This document shows positions 28,348 to 38,013 of a stretch of DNA of 44,994 bases, one piece after another. The position numbers and the translations under genes were made by a program. How positions within the stretch are numbered: the stretch's first letter is position 1; every line of letters starts with the position of its first letter. The notes under the pieces were generated by a model. That model was not told the DNA's origin, did not search any database, and saw only the letters and a list, made by a program, of their open reading frames with translations. This stretch comes from a virus (taxonomy: Duplodnaviria; Heunggongvirae; Uroviricota; Caudoviricetes), in IMG/VR virus record IMGVR_UViG_3300038492_000258, positions 1 to 44,994 of that record. The stretch is one strand, 5' to 3'.

Positions 28348-30173
28348 TAGCACCACTCCTGTGTTTGTGTTGGGGTTGCAATAGTCTCTTGTCCTTGCGA
28401 TGCAACTGCGGCCCGTAACTGTTGTCTTACCTTATCAGCGTTAGACTGTTGATTTCCAATATTCAAAAATTGATGTAATAATTGTTCTCGGCTCGCACCG
28501 GCGGCAATATGTTCCATCCACATCTTGGCTCCATTCGGATCAACAGCAGGATACTTCAGAATATCTGTATACAACCATTCAATGAAGGCTTGATCGCTCA
28601 GTCCCTCAGGGATTGGTTGAGCAACAATATCTTCTGCTGGTTCAATCGGACTGTCCCAAGTATTAGACCTATCTAACGGCTTAATTTTATCTAGAACAAA
28701 TTCCCACTGTTTCCACAACTCGTTCCAATTGTAGTTCTCTTCTACACAACGACGAGCGTCTTCAGACATTTGTCGACGACGAGCTTCATCATTGAGTAAT
28801 TCACGCATCTTACCAGCAAGCTGGTAAATATCGGGCAAAGCCCGCTTGCAAGAAGTCTCCGGCTCGTAATAATATCTATCCACCGGAATAACATCACCAC
28901 CAAGATGACAAGTGTAAGAAGAATCGGTTTCGCCGACTTCCTTAAGGTGTTCGTAATTCGGGAATCTTCCCTTCTCACGCATCGCGGTATAGTCTACAAC
29001 TAAAGACGGCACGCCACACGCCTTAGCTTCTTGAATTGGCATACCATCACCTTCGCAGATAGAGCATTGGACGTAAACATCCAAAGCGTTGTACAATTTG
29101 GCTAGCTGCTCACGAGTAAATCCGCTGTTAGTACCCGGAGGCGAAGCATCTTCCGCACCACACAGAGGGCAAGGTAATTTAATACGACGATTGCCCTTAC
29201 CGTCATTCACTGCTTCCTTACCAAAGAGATTCATGGCATACGTCCACGAAATCTCTCCGCATGACATGCATTTCATCGACTGTAAGATGTCGCCACGAAT
29301 TCCTTTTTTAGCATTCGGCATCCAGTCATATGCCTCAAGCCGCATAATATGGCGTGGATAATCAAACGAATGCTGATTATCAGGCCACGCAGAATGGATC
29401 ATTAAAACAGCCTTGTCTACTGCGGGTTCGCCAGCATACTGTCTCTTCATACACGCGAAAGCATCAATCAAATCTGGATACAACTTACGCGACTGATTAC
29501 GCATAACAGAACCAATTACCAGATTTTCTTTATTGAGATTAAAGAAATCTTTTGTCTCTGTTTTGTCCATAGGATGAAACGTTTCAAGATCCACACCAGG
29601 CCGCATCGGCTTTGGCAGAATCTTCATTCTGGGCTTACCCAGAACATTAGCGGTTTGACGCTTTAAGGTTTCAATACCATAATCCGAATACGTCAGTACA
29701 ACGTTCGCATTCTCATAAGTCTGAATCCATTCTTCAGCTTGTGGCTCAGCATCCACGGTAGGCATAATACACCATTTATACCACGGGCGAAATACGCTAC
29801 GCTCTTGATATTCTAGCATCCACCAATCACGAATATCAATAACAATATCAGGCTGGAAATCTGCACAAGCAAAGTCAAACCTACCTTCGCCAAACTGGTT
29901 CGTATTTTGCCCTCTGGCTCTAGGGTGTGGGCACGGCTGATTAAACGCTTGGGCTTCCTGCGGATTCGTAGGCAATGTACCATAAAACTTCCAACGTCCC
30001 TGAATAAATTCCTTTACTCGGGGATCATCTTGTCGAGCGTAAGAGCCCAACTCAGCAATCTCATATTTTCCAGTAGCAACTAGTCGTGGTAACAACTCAC
30101 GATAGTAGGTAGAAAATCCAGTATTTAAGAAACTGGCTTCACCACAAAACAGAATACGTTTCTTTCTCTCCAT
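28347..30173 (-). CDS. GT4-like glycosyltransferase with Zn-ribbon insert and C-terminal DUF4214-like domain
   Basis: TGFSTY, PGVDLETFHP, RNQSRK, EGDGMPIQEAKACG; CMSC...CPLC; FIEWLY...D..G...W.....GASREQL...F. Confidence 0.85.
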   Translation of the reverse strand: MERKKRILFCGEASFLNTGFSTYYRELLPRLVATGKYEIAELGSYARQDDPRVKEFIQGRWKFYGTLPTNPQEAQAFNQPCPHPRARGQNTNQFGEGRFDFACADFQPDIVIDIRDWWMLEYQERSVFRPWYKWCIMPTVDAEPQAEEWIQTYENANVVLTYSDYGIETLKRQTANVLGKPRMKILPKPMRPGVDLETFHPMDKTETKDFFNLNKENLVIGSVMRNQSRKLYPDLIDAFACMKRQYAGEPAVDKAVLMIHSAWPDNQHSFDYPRHIMRLEAYDWMPNAKKGIRGDILQSMKCMSCGEISWTYAMNLFGKEAVNDGKGNRRIKLPCPLCGAEDASPPGTNSGFTREQLAKLYNALDVYVQCSICEGDGMPIQEAKACGVPSLVVDYTAMREKGRFPNYEHLKEVGETDSSYTCHLGGDVIPVDRYYYEPETSCKRALPDIYQLAGKMRELLNDEARRRQMSEDARRCVEENYNWNELWKQWEFVLDKIKPLDRSNTWDSPIEPAEDIVAQPIPEGLSDQAFIEWLYTDILKYPAVDPNGAKMWMEHIAAGASREQLLHQFLNIGNQQSNADKVRQQLRAAVASQGQETIATPTQTQEWC

Positions 30174-30814
30174 TAAACAATCCCTCTAATCGTCTCACAA
30201 ATTCGTTCTCTTAACGCAGCCTCTAGCTTAGATAACGTACTCTTAGAAATAAGTAATGATTGCGAGAGGTCTTCTAACGAAGCTCCACCCAAAATACGAA
30301 GCTCCAAAATCGACCTCTCTACATCACTTCGAATAATAGAGTAAAGAAGGTCCTCAATTGAGGTCTCATCCGCTAAGTCTAAGGACGCATCTTCCGCGAT
30401 GGCTGCAATATGCCTTCTAGAATATGCTAATCTTAAATCTTTGACGATTTCGGGTGTGAAGTTTCTGCTACTAATACGCTTGCCTAGAACTTCAGCAATT
30501 TCGCTATCCGAACGACCGTCGTTATATAAACGTGACGCTTCTGCTCCCATCTCTGTTACGCGGCGATCAACTGTAAAAATACCCAAGAAACGTGCTGCCT
30601 CATTATAAATATCTTGCCTGATAATGCTGCAAACCCAAGATTTGATATTGCGTCCGCACGTTGGATCGTAAGACTTGACCGCCCGCAATACGGCCATCTC
30701 ACCGACTTGGTATAAGTCTTCAGAATCAATAGCTGCCGATGATTTTACGGCTGTTGCTGCGATTCGTTTAACAAAACCTCGATATTGATCGAGGATATCT
30801 GTGTCATTAACCAT
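30173..30814 (-). CDS. Sigma-70 family RNA polymerase sigma factor
   Basis: Region 2 EDLYQVGEMAVLRAVKSYDP...W..IR; C-terminal region 4 HTH. Start 30814 or 30820. Confidence 0.82.
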   Translation of the reverse strand: MVNDTDILDQYRGFVKRIAATAVKSSAAIDSEDLYQVGEMAVLRAVKSYDPTCGRNIKSWVCSIIRQDIYNEAARFLGIFTVDRRVTEMGAEASRLYNDGRSDSEIAEVLGKRISSRNFTPEIVKDLRLAYSRRHIAAIAEDASLDLADETSIEDLLYSIIRSDVERSILELRILGGASLEDLSQSLLISKSTLSKLEAALRERICETIRGIV

Positions 30815-31160
30815 CAGCATTTCGTCTATCAAAAACTTTGACAAAGCCACTCACGGATGGACTGACTAAAACGATCTGTTCTTGGGTCTGGTTCTCATCG
30901 TCCATACGCCCAATAACATTGATCAAACGACCACGCAGGCCGCCTTCTTCCTGACATTTATGTACATAGGTGGCTAGCGAACCGATAGCCACTACTTTTC
31001 TATAGATAGTGCGAACTGTTCGTTCACCACCACGACGGTATGACAGATTTAAAGCAAGCGTAAAAATCGCCCTTGATGTCTTGTCTGGCTCATCTAGATT
31101 GAAAAACGTGGCGTCAGACGTAGCCCTACCCAGTAATTGCACCGAAGCATAATCGTACAT
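30807..31160 (-). CDS. ssb: Single-stranded DNA-binding protein (OB fold), divergent
   Basis: VQLLGRATSD...FTLALN...KVVAIG.LA...G.LINVIGRM. Confidence 0.68.
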   Translation of the reverse strand: MYDYASVQLLGRATSDATFFNLDEPDKTSRAIFTLALNLSYRRGGERTVRTIYRKVVAIGSLATYVHKCQEEGGLRGRLINVIGRMDDENQTQEQIVLVSPSVSGFVKVFDRRNADG

Positions 31161-31354
31161 TACTCGGCACTTTCTCTAGCAAACCAGATAGTAGGTGGAA
31201 TAATTGGAGTTAAGGGGCTCCAGCCTTCCTGGGCTCGGCTATTAAGTAGATCTCTGATCTGATTATTGAGGTCATTGGGATCAGCCATTCCCACCAAAAG
31301 GGCGGCCTCCTGCTCCTCACTTAATTTTAATGTCTCAAAATCGTATTCTTGCAT
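31160..31354 (-). CDS. Small protein, DUF4177-like
   Basis: LLNSRAQEGWSPL...WFAR pattern; TAATG overlaps at both ends. Confidence 0.5.
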   Translation of the reverse strand: MQEYDFETLKLSEEQEAALLVGMADPNDLNNQIRDLLNSRAQEGWSPLTPIIPPTIWFARESAE

Positions 31355-34300
31355 TATGCTAGTCGCTCTAATCTATTAGCAATATAGGATCCGCGATCAT
31401 TGATTTCGCCACGAATCTTAACTACGTTACCCGGCTCTAAAAATCTAGAGCATCTATGGTATACTTTGGGGAAAACTACAATGCCGTCAAGCGAATGGGT
31501 GTTATCACGTCCAGTCACAAACGCCATTGGTTCACCCTTGGTCTTGGTAAAGATCTGGCGGACGCTATCTAAACAAACAGAGATCTCAAAGTCCATGCCC
31601 GGTTGGCCATGTTTAACAAGATCCACACATTTATTTTTAGAGCGATATACATCCGCTTCCGTACCGCTCAACGATACCCCTAGATACTGACGCTCCCACG
31701 TAATGTTGTTCAGTCTATTATCAAATAAATCGTGCCTATCATAATCGCTAAGCACCCCACGAAGTCTCGGGCGGCGAGCTGCATTGGGAATCTTAACTCC
31801 GTAACGCTCTTTAACCTGTACGCTTTTCTCTTCGTCAGCAATGGCTCGTAAAATATTGACCCAATCAGATCCTGGCTCGGCGTCTAGAAGAGCTTCCAAT
31901 GTGGTGCGTTCTCCCGGAGTTAACGCAGCAACTAAATTAAAGTCAGCTTCCATTCGAACTCGCTCACCGGCCATTTCATCAAAAGCTCCGCTGCGAATCA
32001 ATGCTTCGATGACAGCACTACTGACACCCGACTTCTTTTTAGTTGCTTGCCAAAAAATATTGTACAAATTGTCAGACGATTTAGCAACACTGATAACCTT
32101 GCGTGCAGCCGTCACGCCAACACCCTTTAAGGAAGTAATACCAAAAGCAATGCGGTCGTCGTCCAGAATAGAGAAATCAAGAATATCGTCCACCTTAGCA
32201 CCAGCACGTTTGACTCTAGGAGGAGTAACCGTGATACCAAACAATTTAGCGTCATAAACTAGCTGATTAATCTTCTCGAACTTATCGGGATCGTTCTGAG
32301 CATGACGCAATTTAGCACATAAGAATTCAACGGTATAATTTGCCTTGAGGTACGCAGTCTCGTACGCCAACAGGCCATAGCCAACACCATGAGATTTGTT
32401 GAAGCCATATCCAGCAAATGTTTCAATATAACCCCAGATCTCTTCGGCGGTCACAATATCAATACTGTTATTTGTGCAACCATCCACAAACACCTGTCGC
32501 CATTTCGCCATCTCGGCGGGCTTCTTTTTACCCATGGCCTTACGAACCTTGTCAGCATCTACCAGCGACATGCCCGCAAGACGTTTGCAAATTTCGATAA
32601 CTTGCTCTTGATACAAACAGCCCGAATACGTCTTTTGCAAAATTGGTTCAAGACTAGCATGAATATAGCTAGGTGCTTCTGAACCATCCTTCACATGCTG
32701 ATACTTCGTGTGCATGCCACTGTCCATAGGACCAGGACGGATAAGTGATACAAGGTCACTTACTTCTTCTACATTACCTGGCTGAAGATTTTTGCTCCAT
32801 GTTCTACCAAGCTGCTTCTCAATTTGAAATACGCCGATAGTCCACCCCTGTCCCATCAAAGCATATGCTGCCGCGTTATCAAGCTGCATATTTTCTCGGG
32901 TCAGATCAATACCTCGACGCTCACGAACTAGCTCACGAGTAACCTGAATATCATCAAGTGTACTAAGACCCAAAATATCAAGCTTCAATAAGTGCAAAGC
33001 GTCTACAGTATCCATATCCCAACCAAAGATAGGATTACCATTCTTATCTCTAGAAAGCGGGTAACTGCTTTCGTCGAATGGGATATCTGAGATCACAACA
33101 GCAGCAGCGTGTAGGCCCGTTGTTTTGTAACAACCCTCTAGCGACAACGCCAACTCAAACCACGCCTTATATTTCTCTTGATATTTCTTGAGTTCAGGAA
33201 CCATTTCCAGAGCCTGAGATAAGGTAACTTGAACGTGATCTTCGTTCTTGGCTGGCACAAGAGAAGTAATACGATTTGATTCCTCAAAGGGCATATTGAA
33301 TAACTTAAATACCTCTTTGAGAATCCCTTTAGCGTGCATGCCACTAAGCGTTACAAGTTGGGCAACATTACGCTCGCCAAATCTTTCTCGAATATATGCA
33401 AGAACTTCTTGCCGTCTAGATCTCGGAACATCTGTGTCAATATCCGGCAAACCACCACGTCCCTTATTCAAGAAACGTTCCCAGATCAAGCCATACTCTA
33501 GTGGATCAATATCTGTAATCCCCAAACAATATGATACGAGGCTACCACCAGCACTACCACGACCAAATCCTAGCAAGATATCCTGCTGATGACACCAATC
33601 AACTACATCATGCACAATGAGGAAATAGTCGGCAAAACCCATATCCTCAATATCTTGAAGCTCTCGCTCTAGACGCAATTCATAGTCGGTGATATTTTGT
33701 CTACTGTTTAGGCCACGAGCAACAAATCCATCCGCAGCAAGCTTACGCATGTACTCTACAGAAGTTACCCCCTCGGGCACAAAGCGATACTTAGGTAGTC
33801 TATGTTTCTTAAGATCAATTGTTACAGTGCAACGATCTCCAATACTATTTGCCATGGCAAGTTCTGCTTCTTCTAGAGTAAGCTCCGCCACGTCTTTTAA
33901 ATAACATTCTTCAGCCGAGAAATCAGTGCGTGTGGTTCTATTATACTGATTCTGTTCCATATCCAGCAACGTTCTATGTGCCTCGGCGTCAGACTTGGCA
34001 ACATAATGAACGTTATTGGTGGCAACAGTTTTCAATCCGTACTTACCAGCCAATTTACGTAGCTTATCATTTACATCCGGCTGAATAGTATCACCAGTAT
34101 CCTGCACCTCAAGATAGAAATGATCCTTATCATAAATCTTAAGGAAACGACGAATTAGGGCCTCAGCCTTAAAAGGAGCAGCCGGATCTCGCAACGCACC
34201 ATGATCATCAGTCTTGTCAAATAAACAAAAAGGAATAACGCCGTCTCGTGTGCTTCCCGTCAATGCAATGACGCCTTCAGCGTGCTGGCTGAGCAGATTA

Positions 34301-34662
34301 AAATCCACACGCGGCACATAAAAGTAGTGATCTTTGTCATTGGACGCAGACACAATACGCGTAATGTTCTTCCAGCCAATATCATTTTCAGCCAACAATA
34401 CTAGATGATTAAATCTGCGAGACTTTTGAACTTTTAGCTCAGCGGCATCTTCACAAAATAAGACAGTAACGCCCAAGACAGGCTTTACGCCTTCATCTGT
34501 GGCAGCACGATAAAAATTGATCGCGTTATATAGATTGCCGTAGTCCGTTAGGGCAATCGTATCTTGCCCTAATTCTTTTGCTTTTTTAGCGAGCTTTTTG
34601 ATGTCGGCAGATCCATATAGCATGGATGCCTTTGAATGAACATTGAGGTGTGTAAATTTCAT
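31354..34662 (-). CDS. dnaE: DNA polymerase III alpha subunit
   Basis: PHP HLNVHS/ALTDYG, GRGSAGGSLV, PDIDTD, KLDILGL, YGFNKSH, C-terminal OB. Confidence 0.97.
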   Translation of the reverse strand: MKFTHLNVHSKASMLYGSADIKKLAKKAKELGQDTIALTDYGNLYNAINFYRAATDEGVKPVLGVTVLFCEDAAELKVQKSRRFNHLVLLAENDIGWKNITRIVSASNDKDHYFYVPRVDFNLLSQHAEGVIALTGSTRDGVIPFCLFDKTDDHGALRDPAAPFKAEALIRRFLKIYDKDHFYLEVQDTGDTIQPDVNDKLRKLAGKYGLKTVATNNVHYVAKSDAEAHRTLLDMEQNQYNRTTRTDFSAEECYLKDVAELTLEEAELAMANSIGDRCTVTIDLKKHRLPKYRFVPEGVTSVEYMRKLAADGFVARGLNSRQNITDYELRLERELQDIEDMGFADYFLIVHDVVDWCHQQDILLGFGRGSAGGSLVSYCLGITDIDPLEYGLIWERFLNKGRGGLPDIDTDVPRSRRQEVLAYIRERFGERNVAQLVTLSGMHAKGILKEVFKLFNMPFEESNRITSLVPAKNEDHVQVTLSQALEMVPELKKYQEKYKAWFELALSLEGCYKTTGLHAAAVVISDIPFDESSYPLSRDKNGNPIFGWDMDTVDALHLLKLDILGLSTLDDIQVTRELVRERRGIDLTRENMQLDNAAAYALMGQGWTIGVFQIEKQLGRTWSKNLQPGNVEEVSDLVSLIRPGPMDSGMHTKYQHVKDGSEAPSYIHASLEPILQKTYSGCLYQEQVIEICKRLAGMSLVDADKVRKAMGKKKPAEMAKWRQVFVDGCTNNSIDIVTAEEIWGYIETFAGYGFNKSHGVGYGLLAYETAYLKANYTVEFLCAKLRHAQNDPDKFEKINQLVYDAKLFGITVTPPRVKRAGAKVDDILDFSILDDDRIAFGITSLKGVGVTAARKVISVAKSSDNLYNIFWQATKKKSGVSSAVIEALIRSGAFDEMAGERVRMEADFNLVAALTPGERTTLEALLDAEPGSDWVNILRAIADEEKSVQVKERYGVKIPNAARRPRLRGVLSDYDRHDLFDNRLNNITWERQYLGVSLSGTEADVYRSKNKCVDLVKHGQPGMDFEISVCLDSVRQIFTKTKGEPMAFVTGRDNTHSLDGIVVFPKVYHRCSRFLEPGNVVKIRGEINDRGSYIANRLERLA

Positions 34663-35399
34663 TTTTGCTTGGGTACATCTCGTAGTCGCTTGGCTTTTTC
34701 AGGCGACATTTTTGTGTTGCTTCGTCGATTGCTTGATTGATTGACAGGTGTACCGGGTAATCTGTCGACAGAGATATTCCGCTTACGCTTCATATTCTTC
34801 AGTCGCTCTTTATTGCGTTTCTCGAATTCGGTCGCATTGTATTTTGGCATGAACGGGTTCCCCTGTTCACCCTTTTCTGGATCATAGTCACCCTCAACAG
34901 GATCCGGCACGCCATTACGACGCCACACGTCTTCTACTCGGGTCTTTGTTTTAAAGCCACATGAACTAGACGCTTCGAGCTTTGTATCATCAACGGCTGT
35001 CAGTTTACATCCACAAACTCGAACCTTTCCATTCTTTTCAATAGTATGATTACAAGTAATTAGCTTGTCAGCAATAGCTTGTAACGCCTCGTCTGCGGAC
35101 CCTTCAATGTTTTCAAATTCTTCTGAGTCTGGTCCCCATTTCACATTAATCATTCCATGACTAAACAAAGACAACAATGTCAAATGACCATGCCGACAAC
35201 GAAAAGCTTTAGGTGGAGCAATGTAAGTGGTCAAAGCACTTAGTGGCGTAATCGCCTTATTTTCTGGCTTACATTGCGGACAGACAACTTTCAGCGTATC
35301 ACATTTCGCCTGAAATTTACTTAATTGGGAACGACTAATTTGCACCTCTGTAACATGTCCCTTTTCCCAACAGGCAACAGTGATATTAACCTTACTCAT
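34659..35399 (-). CDS. Cys/His-rich putative multi-zinc-finger protein with basic tail
   Basis: CWEKGH...CPQC...CRHGH...CNH...CGC. Start moved to 35399. Confidence 0.65.
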   Translation of the reverse strand: MSKVNITVACWEKGHVTEVQISRSQLSKFQAKCDTLKVVCPQCKPENKAITPLSALTTYIAPPKAFRCRHGHLTLLSLFSHGMINVKWGPDSEEFENIEGSADEALQAIADKLITCNHTIEKNGKVRVCGCKLTAVDDTKLEASSSCGFKTKTRVEDVWRRNGVPDPVEGDYDPEKGEQGNPFMPKYNATEFEKRNKERLKNMKRKRNISVDRLPGTPVNQSSNRRSNTKMSPEKAKRLRDVPKQK

Positions 35400-35979
35400 C
35401 TTCTTCGCCGTCCTTTTGGTCCCAAACCATATCAATTAATCCAAGCTCTTTTGCCTTCCAGGCATCAAAAAACTTGTCGCCGATTCGTTCACATTCTCGT
35501 TTCCAAAATGAAGCTGGCTTATTGGTATGACGCTCCATCATGGCATACCAATTTTTCCCTAGATCATCATAATGGGCAAGTTCTTTTTTAATGGCGTCAA
35601 CACGCTCACCGTCAAAATCAGTCCATGATTGATGCACCATAAACCAAGTGTTAGGTGTTGCGGTACGATGTCCTGGTTCACCACACGCCACCAATAGTGG
35701 TGCAGCACTCATACATTTGCCAATCGCAGTAGTATGCACCGGACTATTTAGTGTTCCAATTACATCATACAGGGCCCACATTTCATACTCACTACCACCG
35801 AATGAACCAATAAATAATTCAATGGGTTTATCGTTTTCAGCCTCCATAAGATAGAGACCTTTGATAACATAACCAATAGTGTCTTCATCTACTCCATCGA
35901 ACAAAAACACTCTACGGTTAGATACATCAACACCATACGCAAAATAAGCGTCAACCCATTCCTTACTAATTTTGGCCAT
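35392..35979 (-). CDS. clpP: ClpP-like serine protease
   Basis: IGSFGG, GKCMSAA (Ser), FMVHQ (His), GDKFFDA..AKELGLID. Start moved to 35979. Confidence 0.88.
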   Translation of the reverse strand: MAKISKEWVDAYFAYGVDVSNRRVFLFDGVDEDTIGYVIKGLYLMEAENDKPIELFIGSFGGSEYEMWALYDVIGTLNSPVHTTAIGKCMSAAPLLVACGEPGHRTATPNTWFMVHQSWTDFDGERVDAIKKELAHYDDLGKNWYAMMERHTNKPASFWKRECERIGDKFFDAWKAKELGLIDMVWDQKDGEEDE

Positions 35980-36946
35980 CTGTACTAAACGCTCCGTTCC
36001 ACTCCGTACCACAAACATTGTGGTCACAGATATACTTACACTTCCACGCCCAACGCTGACTGAAATCATCGTTGCTCGAAACAATCCTGGTGATCCAATC
36101 AGTATTCTGAATTTCTTGGATCTTTTTATACACAAAGTTTTCGGTCTCCGCATCTTCCTCAGCAGAGAACGCAACTGTTACTGGTTGCTTCGTAAAATAG
36201 TCAAATGTTAGTAATACGTTTTTGTAGTTGTATCCTTTACCATGAACGTCTTCAACAAATTCTTTCCGAGACGCAAGCGAATACATGCGAACCTGAATAT
36301 CATCTCGACACTCATCGTAATTTTGTGTCCATGAACCAGATTTATAGTCAATAATATGGACAGTCTCAGGATCTTCTTCAACCACCAAGTCCATAATACC
36401 AATCATTGGTACGTTCGTGCCTTCAATTGGTAAATTATATCCATACTCAGTACCAACCAATTGTCCAGACGGATCACGCAGAATTCTGTCCCATGTATCC
36501 TGATATCTTTTAATGACATCTTTCATCATTAAGACAGAACCATCAAACAGCATTTTGGCACAACCATTTAGACTGTCAAGTGGTTCGTGAGAAATACCAC
36601 ATCTATTATTTTCCTGATCGATTTCTTCGCACGTTAAACAGTCGGGTATTTGTTCATGATAATCCCTGGGCTTCGCCCAGCGAAGCGGCGATTCCATAAC
36701 GGTCGGCTTGCCATACCGATCAAGCGTTTCCAATGTACCAGCATACCCACGATACAATCTATTAAGCCAATCGACATCGTTACCGTTAGCCTTATTTTCT
36801 AACAAATCGTGGATGAGAGAACCATGAGCAGCTCCCCAGTTAGACTTTAGTTCTAAGTCGGGACGATGATATGTAAGCCAGTATTTAAACTTACACATAT
36901 CAAAAGTCTTAATACGACTGGGAGAAATGGATTTTAACTTAAGCAT
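35966..36946 (-). CDS. PD-(D/E)XK nuclease, Cas4/AddB-like
   Basis: ISPSRI..F..C, GSLIH, GIMDL...IIDYKSG, Q..MY, C-terminal CKYICDHNVC. Confidence 0.88.
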   Translation of the reverse strand: MLKLKSISPSRIKTFDMCKFKYWLTYHRPDLELKSNWGAAHGSLIHDLLENKANGNDVDWLNRLYRGYAGTLETLDRYGKPTVMESPLRWAKPRDYHEQIPDCLTCEEIDQENNRCGISHEPLDSLNGCAKMLFDGSVLMMKDVIKRYQDTWDRILRDPSGQLVGTEYGYNLPIEGTNVPMIGIMDLVVEEDPETVHIIDYKSGSWTQNYDECRDDIQVRMYSLASRKEFVEDVHGKGYNYKNVLLTFDYFTKQPVTVAFSAEEDAETENFVYKKIQEIQNTDWITRIVSSNDDFSQRWAWKCKYICDHNVCGTEWNGAFSTDGQN

Positions 36947-38013
36947 TATCTTACAATTGCCTCCGCAAAAATATCTTGTAACTGATCCACTGGTAAATCA
37001 CCAGGATCCTTATCAAGAGGCAACATAATCCTTTCCAGATTAAATAACGTACCGACAGTATTTTGTACCATCTCCCAACCCTTCTCACCAGCAGTCGGCT
37101 TGTCTGGTTTCACACGAGTCTCATTATCAAATGCAACATATAAATGAGACACTCCATATTTAACTAACAATGTTCTGTGTGCTGGACCAAACTGAGTACT
37201 CAACGAAGCCACCCAGTTATGAATACCAGCCATCTCTAATTTCATTCCATCTAACGGACCTTCAACCAAAATCAGTTTACGATCTGGCAACATAAAGGTC
37301 TTAGCTCGATATAAATTAAAAAGAATAGATCCAGTTAGCAAGGAATCGTCACGCTGAAATCTATGATAAGAACGCCCATGAACCCATTTGGCATACTCCA
37401 AACCACGCTCTTCAAAATAGCTACGCGGATGAATGGTCCGCCCGGTATATCCAATTAGGTGGTCTTCATGATCACGGATTGGAAATACAACACGATCATG
37501 CATGTATGTTCCTAAACGACTCCACAGTCCCACATTATAAGACTTTAACACTTCAGGATCAAAGCCACGTTCATGTAAATAAGTCGGCGGCGTCAAAAAT
37601 CGCAGATTGTGCTCAGCAAGCGGTTGATGAACGTGTAACTTTCCGCCACTCTTTGTTTCTTTCGTAGCAATTTTAACGGTTGTATCAATGCTTGCACTAG
37701 CCAAAGTAGTCTTGAGCCATCTTACTGCTTGCCCAAAAGAACAATCTCTAATACTGCGAATCAAACCAAAGATATCATCTCCATACAGTTCATTGCAATG
37801 ATGAGTCCAACATCTCCAATAACCAATATCAGAACGCCAACTAAAAGCGGTTCTATTATTCCCATCTCCACCATGTTGGGTGCATGGACAACAAGCTTGG
37901 AACAGGTTTTCATTCGCACGATACTCAAAGCCTAACGCATTTAGAACATGAATAATGTTGCGATTTGCATGGGCCCGTAATTGTTTACGCTCCTCACTTG
38001 TCATCATCGTCAT
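36946..38013 (-). CDS. dnaG: DNA primase (Zn finger + Toprim)
   Basis: CPC..H...WRCWTHHC, YLHERG, RVVFPI, GYTGR, LFNL, VEGPLD, AFDN, KDPGD. Confidence 0.9.
   Translation of the reverse strand: MTMMTSEERKQLRAHANRNIIHVLNALGFEYRANENLFQACCPCTQHGGDGNNRTAFSWRSDIGYWRCWTHHCNELYGDDIFGLIRSIRDCSFGQAVRWLKTTLASASIDTTVKIATKETKSGGKLHVHQPLAEHNLRFLTPPTYLHERGFDPEVLKSYNVGLWSRLGTYMHDRVVFPIRDHEDHLIGYTGRTIHPRSYFEERGLEYAKWVHGRSYHRFQRDDSLLTGSILFNLYRAKTFMLPDRKLILVEGPLDGMKLEMAGIHNWVASLSTQFGPAHRTLLVKYGVSHLYVAFDNETRVKPDKPTAGEKGWEMVQNTVGTLFNLERIMLPLDKDPGDLPVDQLQDIFAEAIVR

Noticed and set aside
6419-30173. Ordinary bacterial O-antigen or capsule locus
   Set aside because: No wzx/wzy/wzm/wzt or priming transferase; interleaved with phage-type orphans and coupled to a phage replication block.
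10903-36174. Long N-terminal extensions in the ORF track (e.g. starts at 11001, 13598, 27740, 36174)
   Set aside because: They overlap upstream genes extensively. Downstream ATGs next to the preceding stop fit the coupling pattern and domain boundaries better.
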